64,000 nt of DNA from Squalus acanthias (Eukaryota), in contig CM059432.1 in NCBI GenBank assembly GCA_030390025.1, positions 89,344,001-89,408,000 of the forward strand, given 5' to 3'. Positions within the stretch are counted from its first letter, which is position 1; the number at the start of each line of letters is the position of its first letter. Below the pieces are notes generated by a model. It worked only from the letters and a program-made list of their open reading frames with translations. It was not told the DNA's origin and made no database searches. Shown here one piece after another: positions 1 through 12,285 of the stretch. Made by a program: the position numbers and the translations under genes.

Positions 1-394
1 TTGGAGTCCTTCCCCCCTGTGGGTACAGGACATCCCTCCTCCTCTGGACCTTCTCCACCAGGACCTCCAGTGCCGCATCCGAGAACCTGTGTGCCCTCTC
101 CCTCGGTTCCTGAGCCATCCTACAACATGCCACTGTATGTCAGCCAGCACACTCCACACCTTCAGTGGGTGCAGAGCCCACATATACTGCACCACAAAAA
201 TGATGTTTAATCAGCACTTGGGTGCTAAACCTGCAGATGTGTGGTTTAGCACCCACAGGCAAGTTCAAATTATGGTAATCAGCAATTAGGACCAAAATTG
301 TGCGCTAAATCCAACCTTTCAAACAGGCGTGTCTTATTAGCACAGCACCCATATAGCACCTGTTTTCACCCTTTGGCCAAAATAATTCCCCTGA

Positions 395-640
395 TGTTTA
401 ATCTTATATCTAAGCCCCCTCATTTTAGACCCCTTAACTACTGGAAACAGTCTGCTTGCATCTACCCTGACCCATTCTTTTATAATTTTAAACACTACTA
501 CCAAATCGCCTCGTAATCTGCATTATTCTGATGAAAAAAGCCCCAATTTTTCAAATTGTTTATTGTAATTTTATTTTCTCATACCAGGCAGCATCCGAGT
601 GAATCTACGTTGCACCCTCTCTGAGGCCTCAATATCCTAG
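395..640 (-). mobile_element. Old degraded CR1 LINE fragment (RT C-terminal region)
   Basis: Resembles the minus-strand CR1 3' regions at 2750-2970 and 17800-17980 (e.g. 'gtgaatctacgttgcaccctctc...atatcct'). Confidence 0.6.
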
Positions 641-1610
641 AAAGAAAGGAAGGTTAGAAATGGGACAGTCGGTATCAGTTGATTTGGTCAATAGCTTTCT
701 CACCTTTACTTTTGATGTCCTTGTCCCAACAAAACCTATATTCCCACTATAATGGGCCTCAGAGAATCAAACAATCTGAAAAGGAATGCCTGAGAAGAGT
801 GAACCATTTACAATATCAGCTATCATGGGGTCCAGCAGAAGTTCTTGAGATTGGTGAGAATCGGGTGCGGGTGGAAAAGATAAGTCTCATGGACAAAATT
901 AACTTGTAAAGAATGGGTGGAGAAACTGAAGAGTGACAGGGGATCAGAGCTAGGGTAGGAGTAGGACTGGGGGGAGGGTTAGCTAAGAGTAAAAGGGGAA
1001 GGGGAAGCAGAGGTGGCAGCTGACCTGATGGTGTTAGAGGTGATGGTAGAGAAGCCAGGGGAGAGGGGTTTTAGAAGGCAGTCAGCATTAGAGAAAAGGG
1101 CCCTCCAGGATAATCCTAGAGTGGTTTGACAGCAGAATGTACGTCACAGTAGAGATTGATGTGGCCAAGTCATATCTGGCGATGAATGCCTAAGCCAGTT
1201 GTGCACGTACATTTGTACCCCTATGATTTGAGGCCTTAACAGGGGAATGGGAGGGATGAGAGACAGTGCAGGGTTTGCTGGGACAAGGACATCAAAAGTA
1301 GAGGTGAGGGAGCTGTTGAGCAAATCAACAGCAGCAGGGGTGTCAAGGTTAATAGAGGGCCACAGGCTAGGCAGTTGGAATTTAGAAAGTGCAATTGTAA
1401 GCAAGTTAAGGAAGATATTTTTCAAAGCTTGAATGCTAAAGGAAGTGGGGTTGAAATGGGGTAGGGGAATATGGATGGCGAAGAAGGCAAAGAAATGGTT
1501 TGGGAAAGCCTTGTCAGTGTTCAAGATGACAACAAGAGATGGTGCTTTGAAGGGGATGTGGATTTTATATTGAAGAATAGTGAATTCAGAGGTTAATAAG
1601 AGGAGAGGAA
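640..1610 (-). mobile_element. Degraded L2 LINE fragment (post-endonuclease linker to start of RT)
   Basis: ORF 1144-1524 (DKAFPNHF...PSLWPSI...DLLNSSLTSTFDVLVP) parallels the L2 at 7835-8714 (DKAISDHF...SLWPSIQ...DLFNHTHTTTFDDLVP). Positions 640-680 read as a PISNLPF-like motif on the minus strand. Confidence 0.7.
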
Positions 1611-1614
1611 TTTG

Positions 1615-1965
1615 AAGGGGGGACAGGAGAAGAGCTCGGAGAGGGGAGAGGAGAAGAGCTCAGAGGCGGGGAGAGAAGGTCACCAGCTCGAGGTGGGGGG
1701 AAGGTCAGGAACTTGGGGGGGGTGAAGGTCTGTAACTTAGGCAGGAGAGAAGGTAAGGAACTTGGGGGGAGAAGGTCAGGAACTCGGGCAGGAGAAAAGG
1801 TCAGGAATTCGGGGGGACAAGGTCAGGAACATGGGGGGAAGGAGAAGGTCAGGTACTCGGGGGGGGGAGGAGAAGGTCACAAATTCAGGGAGGGGGGGAT
1901 AGGGCACGGAGAGAAGAGTGGGGATGGGGGAAGAATGTGATCCAGGTCTAAAGGGGGAGGGATGA
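1615..1965. repeat. G/purine-rich degenerate tandem repeat (unit approx. GAAGGTCAGGAACTCGGGGG)
   Basis: Repeated 'aaggtcaggaac' variants separated by G runs. Confidence 0.7.
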
Positions 1966-2029
1966 GAGCAAGAACATGATCCAGATCATATTCTCCCCCT
2001 TGGTTATACGTGGATCACATTCTTCCAAA

Positions 2030-2205
2030 TGGATGCATTTGTGAATCCCTTCTCACACACTAAGCAGGTGAACGGCCTCTCCCCAGTATGAACTTGCTGG
2101 TGTAACAGTAGGTTGGATGACTGAGCAAATCCCTTCCCACACGTGGAGCAGGTGAATGCCCTCTCCCCAATGTGAACTGGCTGGTGTGTCAAAAGGTTGG
2201 ATATG
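2030..2205 (-). pseudogene. Isolated C2H2 zinc-finger array fragment (about two fingers)
   Basis: Translation [53 protein letters not shown] shows CxxC-12-HxxxH fingers and a TGERPF linker. It is truncated on both sides; the ORF start lies in a CA-rich repeat. Confidence 0.8.
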
Positions 2206-2312
2206 CACATGCACCCCACACACCAACACACCCACACACCCCACATACGCATACCCCACACGTGCACCACACACACGTGCACCACACATACGTGCACCAC
2301 ACACACACACAA
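2205..2312. repeat. CA-rich degenerate microsatellite with repeated CACACGTGCAC units
   Basis: Visible directly in the sequence. Confidence 0.8.
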
Positions 2313-2540
2313 TCACAAACCCGCACCTATTGGGTTATTGACTGGCAAATCCTTACCAGTTTCCTGCTATAATAGCACCACCCTGAGATCCAGAGGCCAT
2401 TGCATTTTTGCATTTACTTTTTTCCATTTCCTATTTCAATGAGCGTTTCTTAGAAACATAGAAGATAGGAGCAGGAGTAGGCCATTCAGCCCCTCGAGCC
2501 TGCTCCGGATTTCGATGAGATCATGGCTGATCATCCAAAC

Positions 2541-5374
2541 TCAGTACCCTGTACCTGCCTTCTCCCCATATCCCTTGATACCTTTAGCTTTAAGAAATAT
2601 ATCTAACTCATTCTTGAATATATTTAATGACTTGGCCTCAACTACCTTCTGTGGTAGAGAATTCCACAGTTTCACCACTCTCTGGGTGAAGAAATTCCTC
2701 CTCATTTCTGTCCTAAATGGCTTACCCCCTATCCTTAGATTATGACCCCTGGTTCTGGACTCTCCGACCATCGGGAACATTCTTCCTGCATCTAGTTTGT
2801 CTAGACCTGTCAGAATTTTATATGTTTCGATGAGATCCCCTCTCATTCTTCTATACTCCAGCGAGTATAAGCCCAATCGACCCAATCTCTCCTCATATGT
2901 AATTCCTGCCATCCCAGGTATCAGCTTTGTGAATCTTCGCTGAACTCCCTCCATGGCAAGAACATCCTTCCTCAGATAAGGTGACCAAAACTGCACACAA
3001 TACTCAAGGTGTGGTCTCACCAAGGCCCTGTACAACTGCAGCAGGACATCCCTGTTCCTATACTCAAACCCTTTCGCTATGAAGGCCAACATACCATTTG
3101 CCTTCTTCACCGCCTGCTGCACCTGCATGCTTACCTACAGCGACTGGTGCACAAGGACACCCAGGTCTCATTGCACTTCCCCTTCTCCCAATCTATTGCC
3201 ATTCAGATAATAGTCTGCCTTTCTGTTTTTGACACCAAAGTGGATAACCTCGCATTTATCCACGTTATATTGCATCTGCCACGCTTCTGCCCACTCACCC
3301 AACCTGTCCAAATCATCCTGGAGTTTCTCGGTATCCTCCTCGCAGCACACACTCCCACCCAGCTTTGTGTCATCTGCAAACTTGGAGATATTACATTTAG
3401 TTCCCTTATCTAGATCATTAATGTATATTGTGAATAGCTGGGGTCCAAGGACCGATCCCTGCGGTACCCCACTAGTCACTGCTTGCCACTTGGAAAAAGA
3501 CCCATTAATTCCTACTCTTTGCTTTCTGTCCACCAACCAGTTCTCTATCCAAGTAAATACCTTGCCCCCAATCCCATGTGCCTTAACTTTACCCGCTAAT
3601 CTCTTATGTGGGACCTTATCGAAAGCCTTTTGAAAGTCCAAATACACCACATCTACTGGTTCTCCCTTATCTATTTTCCCAGTTACATCCTCAAAAAATT
3701 CCAGTAGATTAGTCAAGCACGATTTACCTTTTGTAAATCCATGTTGACTTTGTCCGATCCTGTCACTGTTTTTCAAGTGCTCAGCTATTACATCCTTTAT
3801 AATGGACTCTAGCATTTTCCCCACTACCGATGTCAGGCTTATCGGTCTGTAATTCCCCACTTTCTCTCTACCACCCTTTTTGAATAGTGGGGTAACATTA
3901 GCTACCCTCCAATCCATGGGTACAGTTCCAAATTCCATCGAATGTTGGAAGATGATCAGCAATGCATCTACTATTTCTAGGGCCACTTCCTTAAGTACCC
4001 TAGGATGTAGATTATCAGGCCCTGGGGATTTATCGGCCTTCAATCCCGTCAATTTCCCTAACACCATTTCCCTGCAAATACTGATTTCTTTCTGTTCCTC
4101 CCTTTCATCAGACCGTATGTTCTCCAACATCTCTGGGAGGTTATTTGTGTCCTCCTTTGTGAAGACAGAACCAAAATGTTCCCCATTATAACTTCCCCCG
4201 CTTCTGACTGCAAGGGACCTACACTTGATTTCACTAATCTTTTTCTCTTCACATATCTATAAAAACTCTTACAGTCAGTTTTTATGTTCCCTGCAAGCTT
4301 ACTTTCATATTCTATTTTTCCCTTCTTAATTAATCCGTTTGTCCTCCTTTGTTGAATCCTAAACTGCTCCCAATCCTCAGGGTTACCGCTTTTTCTGGCC
4401 TATTTATATGACCTCTCCTTGGATCTTATGCTATCCCTAATTTCCCTTGTTAGCCACGGTTGAGTCACCCTTTTTGTTTTATTCTTATGCCACACTGGGA
4501 TGAACAAATTCTGTAGTTCATCCATGCAGTCTTTGAATGTTTGCCATTGCCTATCCACCGTCAACCTCTTGAGTGACATTCCCCAATCAATCCTACCCAA
4601 TTCGTGCCTCATACCATCGTAGTTTCTTTTATTTAAATTCAGGACCCTAGTCTCTGATTCAACTACTTCACTCTCCATCCTAATGAAGAATTCTATCATA
4701 TTATGATCACTCTGACCCAAGGGGCCTTGTAGAACAAGATTGCTAATTAATCCTTTCTCGTTACATAATACCCAGTCTAAGATGGCCTGATCTCTGGTTG
4801 GTTCCTCAACATATTGTTCCAGAAACCCATCCCGTAAACATTCTAGGAATTCCTCCTCCACAGTATTTTTACTAATTTGGTTAGCCCAATTTATATGTAA
4901 ATTAAAATCACCCATGATGACTGCTGTGTCCTTACTGCATGCTTCTCTAATTTCCCTTTTAATGCCATCCCCAACCTCCATATTAATGTTTGGAGGTCTA
5001 TATACCACTCCCACTAATGTTTTCTGCCCCTTGTTATTTCTCAGTTCTACCCATACAGATTCCGCATCATCAGAGCTAATATCCTTCCTTTCAATTGTGT
5101 TAATCCCCTCTTTAACCAGCAATGCTACCCCACCTCCCTTTCTTTTTTGCCTATCTTTCCTAAATATTGAATACCCCTGGATGTTGAGTTCCCAGCCTTG
5201 GCCACCCTGGAGCCATGTTTCTGTAATCCCAATCAAATCGTATTCATTTACCTCTATTTGCGCAGCTAATTCATCCACCTTGTTCCGAATGCTCCTTGCA
5301 TTAAGACACAAAGCCTTCAGGCTTGTTTTTTTAACGCTCTCAGACCTATATGAATTATTATTTACTGTGACCAT
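2541..5374 (-). pseudogene. CR1 ORF2 (APE endonuclease + reverse transcriptase), disrupted
   Basis: LNARSI, ITETWL, GDFN and SDH motifs (4400-5374); NYRPISL, LDFQKAFD, GVPQGSVLGP and FADD (3168-4130); C-terminus 2541-3128. Stops at 4400 and 3168, and a deletion/frameshift near 4175. Confidence 0.93.
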
Positions 5375-5472
5375 GTTTGATTTAAACCGTTGAGTTCTTT
5401 GCCTTCTACTTTTGTTTTTCTCCTTCCTGTCTTTTGCTTTTATCCTTGTTTCCCTTTCCTCTGTCTCCCTGC

Positions 5473-6447
5473 TCAGGTTCCCAACCCCCTGCCACTTTTG
5501 TTTAAACCCTCCCCAACAGCACTAGCAAACACTCCCCCTAGGACATCGGTCCCAGCCCTGCCCAGGTGCAGACCATCCCGTTTGTACTGGTCCCACCTCC
5601 CCCAGAACCGGTTCCAATGTCCAAGGAATTTGAATCCCTCCCCCTTGCACCATTCCTCTAGCCACGTATTCATTTGAAATATCCTCCTATTTCTACTCTG
5701 ACTAGCACGTGGCACTGGTAGCAATCCTGAGATTACTACCTTTGAGGTCCTATTTTTTAATTTACCTCCTAACTCCCTATATTCTGCTTTTAGGACCTCA
5801 TCCTGTTTTTTACCTATATCGTTGATGCCTATGTGCACCACGACAACTGGCTGTTCGCCCTCCCCCTCCAGAATGTTCTGTAGCCGCTCTGAGACGTCCT
5901 TGACCCTTGCACCAGGGAGGCAACACACCATCCTGGAGTCTCGTTAGCGGCCGCAGAAACGCCTATCTATTCCCCTTACAATTGAATCCCCTATCACTAT
6001 AGCTCTTCCACACTTTTTCCTCCCAGCCTGTGCAACAGAGCCACCCATGGTGCCAGGAAGTTGGCTGCTGCTGCCTTCCCCTGATAAGCCATCCCCCCCA
6101 ACAGCATCCAAAGTGGAATATCTGTTTGAGAGGGGGATGGCCACAGGGGACCCCTGCACTACCTGCCTGCACCTCTTACTCTGCCTGGTGGTCACCCATT
6201 CACTTCCTGCCTGTACACCCTTTACCTGCGGTGTGACCAACTCTCTAAATGTGCTATCCACGACGTCCTCAGCGTTGCGAATGCTCCAATATGCATCCAT
6301 CCGCAGCTCCAGCACCGCAATGCGGTCCATCAGTAGCTGCAGCTGGATACACTTCCCACACACATGGTCGTCAGGGACACAGGAAGCGTCCCTGATTTCC
6401 CACATATAGCAGGAGGAGCATATCACAGGGCGGAGCTCTCCTGCCAT
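5473..6447 (-). pseudogene. CR1 ORF1: N-terminal CxxC...CxxC zinc finger/leucine zipper plus SGNH esterase; one in-frame stop at 5944-5946
   Basis: CSSC...CGKC, GDSIVR, VHIGINDIG and DGLHL motifs. ORFs 5944-6447 and 5473-5931 are in the same frame, separated by TAA-RDSR. Confidence 0.9.
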
Positions 6448-7419
6448 GACTTACCCTTTAATTAATAAATTAAAATCAAATTAAATGAATCCCACCAATT
6501 TCACTTCAATTAAATGATATACTCAAGGGCCCTTGTTTAACCGCAGTCCCCGCTACACCACAGAGACTCTAGAAACTATAAACCACAGAATTTAAGTATG
6601 GAAAAAGGAGAAAGAGAGAAATACTCACCAACCAATCACTTACCTGCTTTCTGGTGACGTCACACTTCGATTACTTTTTACTTCTGTCACCCGCTCTGAG
6701 ATTGGTAAACCTACCTGCTCCTGGGGCTCCCTTTTGTACTCTTCCGCCGCCGCTCCTCCGAGGTCCGCACCGCCGCTGCTGTGGGCCTACCTGCTCCTCG
6801 GGCTCGCCTTTATACCCTGCCGCCGCCGCTCCTCCTAGGTCCGCAACGCCGCTGCTGTTGTTGTTGTCTTGACCTTTGTGCCTTCATTTTGAATTAAAGA
6901 TTTTTATCACTTCCAGAAGGAAAATAAAACATAAAACACCAAAGAAGTAACTAACCCACTAATTAGAGTATAATAGGCCAGGAAATTCCCTACTTACCAC
7001 CACAAGTTAACACCGCAATTCTGGCGAAAAATGGCGGCCGCCACTCTAACGGATCTCTCTGGCGCAGGACTCAGCGACTGCCATTTTTGTGAGGGCCTTA
7101 ATGCTGCTGATAGCAGAGCCAGCCCTGGAGATGCAAATATGGAGAACATGACATCAGTCGGCGTGCAATGCCAACTTAACATCAGCGCTGGGTTCTAAGT
7201 TCACCATGAAAACCCAGCATTCAGACAGAGGCGCTGTCATTGTCATCACACACATCTTTCAGGTACGTTTACATTTAAGCTTTTGGTCTGGATATTTTAT
7301 ATTTTATTGAAGTAGTGGCTTGGTGCAAAACATATTAAAAGTTTTTTTAAGTGCGCAGGGAGAGCAGGGAGTGCTGCTAGATGCTAGCAAGGCCTCGGAT
7401 GGTAAAGGAAGGTCTCTAA

Positions 7420-7545
7420 GAAGACAGAAAATGCTGGAAATACTCAGCAGGTCAGGCAGCATCCATGGCAAGAGAAATAGAGTTCACCTCTCAGGTCAAG
7501 GTGCTGCCTGACCTGCTGATACTTTTATTTCAGATTTACAGCATC
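7420..7545. mobile_element. Decayed inverted Penelope-like short element, same family as 52740-52844
   Basis: cagcaggtcaggcagca (7445-7461) is inverted at 7502-7518. 'cagaaaatgctggaaatactcagcagg' is the reverse complement of the 3' part of the 52740 element. Confidence 0.55.
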
Positions 7546-7754
7546 CGCTCGCAGAGGGAAGAGGAAGACGCAGAAGTGGAGGAAGCAGAAGAGGAGGAAG
7601 CAGAAGGAAGGATGGAATCATCCGCCTGCGGTACAAGTGGCCACAACCCCAATTCCCTTTTCAACATTTATCCCACACCTTACTTTCCCTCTGTTACTGA
7701 CCATCACAGCTTCCTCTTGGCCACAATGCTTTTTTTGCTGGGATGTGGGCATCG

Positions 7755-10140
7755 CTGGCACTGCTCTCCTCCCTCAACCTCTGCACTGAACGACTTCTCA
7801 TCTTCGGTGATTTCAACCTCCATTTCAATTCATCATGCTCTTCTCTTCTGAGTTCACTAGTCTCCTATCCTCCCTTAATCTCTCCCTCCATGTAAACACC
7901 CCAACCCATATTCATGGCCACCCCCTCGACCTTGCCATCTCTCGTGGCCTTGCTACTCCCATCATGTCAATCGCAGATAAGGCCATCTCTGACCACTTCC
8001 TCATATCGCTCTCCACCCACATCCCCCTTCCACCCACCCCCAAACCTACTTCCTTCTATGTCCGCCCTAGAAAAATCTCTCTCCCAACTCTCTTACAACT
8101 ATATTTATGAAATCCCAACCGCCAGCCTTTGGCCCTCCATTCAGCATGACATTTCTGCAGCTACCGATCTGTTCAACCACACTCACACCACCACCTTTGA
8201 TGACCTCGTCCCTACTAAAACAATTACTTTCTCTCACCCTGGCTGTTCCCCCTGGTACCACCCTCATCTTCACTCCTTTAAGTCCAAGGGACGCAGACTT
8301 GAACGAAAATGGTGGACAACTGGTTTAGCCATTCACCGCCAGATCTGGCTGGACAACATAAAGCATTATCCGGTCCTGCTCTCGTCTACCAAAATTGCTC
8401 ACTATTCCAGAATCATTCTGGAATGCAAAGATAAACCCCGGCTCCTATTCCCTACTGCTAACCGTCTTCTTAAACCCCTCTCTCCTGTCTCCTCCACCCT
8501 CACCTCCAACAACAAGTGTGAGGAGCTCATGGACTTCTTTGTCTCTAAGATTGAGACAATCCGTTCAGTTGCCTCTGCCACTTTCCTTCCTTCCCTTAGC
8601 CCACTTTGCCAAACTTCCTCTAAGGTTTCCCCCTCCCGAGCCCTGAACTCACATCTTTCTCCAGTTTCTCTCCGATCTCCCCTCATGACCTCTCCACACT
8701 CATCATGTCCATGAGACCCACCTCCTGCTCCCTCGACCCTATTCCCACCAAACTGTTGACCATCCAACTTCCTTTTCTGGCTCCCATGTTAGCTGACATT
8801 GTTAACAGTTCTACCACCCCATCTCCAACCTCTCTTTCCTCTCCAAAGTCCTTGAACGTGTTGTTGCCTTCCAAATCCATGCCCATCTTTCCCTCAATTC
8901 TAAGTTTGAATCCTTATAATCAGGTTTCCGTCCTTGCCACAGTACCGAAACAGCTCTCATCAAAGTCACAAATGACATCTTTTGTGACTGTGACAAAGGT
9001 AAAGTATCCCTATCCCTATCCCTCCTCGTCCTTCTTGATGTGTCTGCAGCCTTTGACACAGTTGACCACAGTTCACCATCCTTCTCCAAAGCCTCTCCAC
9101 CGTTGTCCAGCTGGGTGGGACTGCACTCGCCTGGTTCAATTCTTATCTATCTAATCGTAGCCAGAGAATTACCTGCTTCTCTTCCCGCTCCCACATCATT
9201 AACTCTGGTGTCCCCCAAGGATCTATCCTTGGCCCCCTCCTATTTTTCATCTACATGTTGCTCCTTGGCGACATCATCTGAAAACACAGCATCAGTTTCC
9301 ACATGTACGCTGACGACACCCAACTCTACCTCACTACCACTTTTCTCAACCCCTCCACGGTCACTAAATTGTCAGACTGCTTGTCCGACATCCAGTTCTG
9401 GATGAGCAGAAATTTTCTCCAATTAAATATTGGGAAGACCGAAGCCATTGTTTTTGGTCCCCGCCACAAATTCCATTCCCTAGCCATTGACTCCATCCCT
9501 CTCCCTAACATCTGTCTGAGGCTGAACCACACTGTTCGCAACCTTGGTGTCAAATTTGACCCTGAAATGAGCTTCCAACCACATATTCGCAGCATAACTA
9601 AGACCAACTATTTAAACCTCCATAACATCGCCCATCTCCGCCCTTGCCTCAGCTCATCCGCTGCTGAAACCCTCTTCCATGCCTTTGTTACCTCTAGACT
9701 TGACTATTCCAATGCACTCCTGGCTGGCCTCCCACATTCTACCCTACATAAACTTGAGGTCATCCAAAACTCGGCAGCCCGTGTCCTAACTCGCACCAAG
9801 TCCCGTTCACCCATCATCCCTGTGCTCGCTGACCTACATTGGCTTCCCGTTAAGCAACGCCTCGATTTCAAAATTCTAATCCTTGTTTTCAAATCCCTCT
9901 ATGGCTTCGCCTCTCCCTATCTCTGTAATCTCCTTCAGCCCCACAACCCCCTGAGATATCTGCGCTCCTTTAATTCTGCCCTCCTGAGCATCCCTGATTA
10001 TAATTTCTCAACCATTGGTGGCCGTGCCTTCTGTTGCCTATGCCCTAAGCTCTGAAATTCCCTGCCTAAAACTCTCCACCTCACTACCTCTCTTTCCTGC
10101 TTTAAGGCGCTCCTTAAAACCTACCTCTTTGAATAAGCTA
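7755..10140 (+). mobile_element. L2 LINE, 5'-truncated, with frameshifted EN/RT ORF2
   Basis: PTHIHGHPLDLAI...ISDHFLI (EN end), [49 protein letters not shown]: the characteristic L2 ORF2 motif series. Confidence 0.92.
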
Positions 10141-12285
10141 AGGAGGGTTTCCTTAGTGTGAAGATGGGACTTCGTCTCCACAAGGACTGTGCAGTGGTCA
10201 CTGCTGCCAATGCTGTCATGAACAGATGCATCTCCAACAGGTAGATCAGTGAGGAAGAGGTCAAGTCGGTTTTTCCTTCATGTTGGTTCTCTCACCACCT
10301 GCCGCAGGCCCAGTCTGGCAGCTATGTCCTTCAGGTTTCCTTGTCGATGCTTGATCTGAAGCCATGAGTCTTCATAGGGGTCTGGAAATAGACTAGTCTG
10401 TGGGACAGCTCTCACAATTTTGGCACAAGTCCCCAGATGATGGTGAGGAGGACTTTGCAGGGTCGACTGGGCTGGGTGTGCCTTTGTCGTGTCTGAAGCC
10501 GGTGCCGAGGTCGATGCCAGGTGGTCCTTCTGGTTTTAATCTAATTAATGTTATTCGTAGCGGTATGGTACAACTGAGTGGCTTGCTTGGCCATTTCAGA
10601 GGGCAGACAAGATTTTTTTTTATTCGTTTATTGGATGTTGGCGTCGCTGGCAAGACCAGCATTTATTGCCCATTCCCTAATTGCCCTTGAGAAGGCGGTG
10701 GTGAGCCGCCTTCTTGAACCGCTGCAGTCTGTGTGGTGAAGGTACTCCCACAGTGCTGTTAGGTAGGGAGTTCCAGGATTTTGACCCAGCGACAATGAAG
10801 GATCGGTGATATACTTCTAAGTCAGGATGGTGTGTGACTTGGAGGGGAACTTGGAGATGGTGGTGTTCCCATGCGCCTGCTGCCCTTGTCCTTCTAGGTG
10901 GAAGAGGTCGTGGGTTTGGGAGGTGCTGCTGAAGAAGCCTTGGCGAGTTGCTGCCGTGTATCTTGTAGATGGTACACACTGCAGCCACGGTACGCCGGTG
11001 GTGGAGGGAGTGAATGTTTAAGGTGGTGGATGGGGTGCCAATCAAGCGGGCTGGATGGTGTTGAGCTTCTTGAGTGTTGTTGGAGCTGCACTCATCCAGG
11101 CAAGTGAAGAGTGTTCCATCACACTCCTTACTTGTGCTTTGTAGATGGTGGAAGGGCTTTGGGGAGCCAGGAGGAGAGACACTCGCCGCAGAATACCTAG
11201 CCTCTGACCTGCTTTTGTTGCCACAGTGTTTATGTGGCTGGTCCAGTTAAGTTGCTTGTCAATTGTGACCCCCAGGATGTTGATGGTGGGGGATTTGGCG
11301 ATGGTAATACTGTTGAATGTCAAGGGGAGGTGGTTAGACTCTCGCTTGCTGGAGATAGTCATTGCCTGGCACTTCTGTGGTACGAATGTTACCTGCACAA
11401 GCCTGAATGTCATCCAGGTCTTGTTGCATGCAGGCATGGACTGCTTCATTATCTGAGGAGTTGTGAATGGTGCTGAACACTGTGCAGGCATCAGCGAACA
11501 TCCCCATTTCTGACCTTATGTTGGAGGGAAGGTCATTGATGCAGCAGCTGAAAATGGTTGGGTCTAGGACAATCCCCTGAGGAATTCCTGCAGCGATGTC
11601 CTGGGGCTGTGATGATTGACCTTCAACCAGCACAACCATCTTCCTTTGTGCTAGGTATGACTCCAGCCAGTGGAGCATTTTCCCATTGACTTCAGTTTTA
11701 CTAGGGCTCCTTGATGCCACACTCGGTCAAATGCTGCCTTAATGTCAAGGGCAGTCACTCTCACCTCACCTCTGGAATTCAGCTCCTTTGTCCATGTTTG
11801 GACCAAGGCTGTAATGAGGTCGGGAGGTCGGGAGCTGAGTAGTCTTGGCGGAACCCAAACTGGGATTCTGTGAGCAGGTTATTGGTGAGTAAGTGCCACT
11901 TGATAGCACTGTCGATGACACCTTCCATCAGTTTGCTGATGATTGAGAGTAGACTGATGGGGCGGTAATTGGCTGGGTTGGATTTGTCCTGCTTTTTGTG
12001 GACAGGACATACCTGGGCAATTTTCCACATTGTCAGATAGATGCCAGTGTTGTAGCTGTACTGGAACAGCTTGGCTAGAGGTGCGGCTAGTTCTGGAGCA
12101 TCAACCACATTGTTGTGGGTCAGGAGTTACATATAGGCCAGACCAGGTAAGGACGGTAGATTTCCTTTCCTAATGGACATTAGTGAACCAGATGGGTTTT
12201 TACAACAATCCAGTAGTTACATGATCACCATTACTGACACTAGCTTTTTATTCCAGATTTATTTAATTAACTGAATTTAAACTGA
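10140..12285 (-). mobile_element. Older LINE 5' portion (SINE-like head plus endonuclease fragments), split by the 10613-12100 insertion
   Basis: 10575-10612 and 12101-12285 join into the same core found in the SINE at 52225-52555. 10140-10460 matches endonuclease sequence of the copy at 26590-26820. Confidence 0.7.
10613..12100 (-). mobile_element. 5'-truncated CR1/L2-group LINE (RT and 3' end with A-rich tail)
   Basis: NYRPISLLSIISK, QFGFR, GIPQG and FAD motifs in frameshifted ORFs. The 3' end GGGCAATAAATGCTGG...AAAAAAAA lies at 10613-10690. Confidence 0.88.

Larger units (their letters stand above)
2450..6860 (-). mobile_element. Near full-length CR1 non-LTR retrotransposon (5'UTR, ORF1, ORF2, 3' tail)
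   Basis: GC-rich 5'UTR, Zn-finger/esterase ORF1, APE+RT ORF2, and the typical CR1 3' end (GCTCGAGGGGCTGAATGGCCTACTCCTGCTCCT followed by a CTATGTTT-type tail) at 2450-2500. Confidence 0.95.

Noticed and set aside
3009..5677. Plus-strand ORFs of 95-160 aa overlapping the CR1 (and similar ones opposite other LINEs)
   Set aside because: They are antisense shadows of LINE ORFs with no independent protein motifs.
5944..5946. Programmed readthrough in CR1 ORF1
   Set aside because: A single nonsense mutation is simpler, since ORF2 of the same copy is also disrupted.
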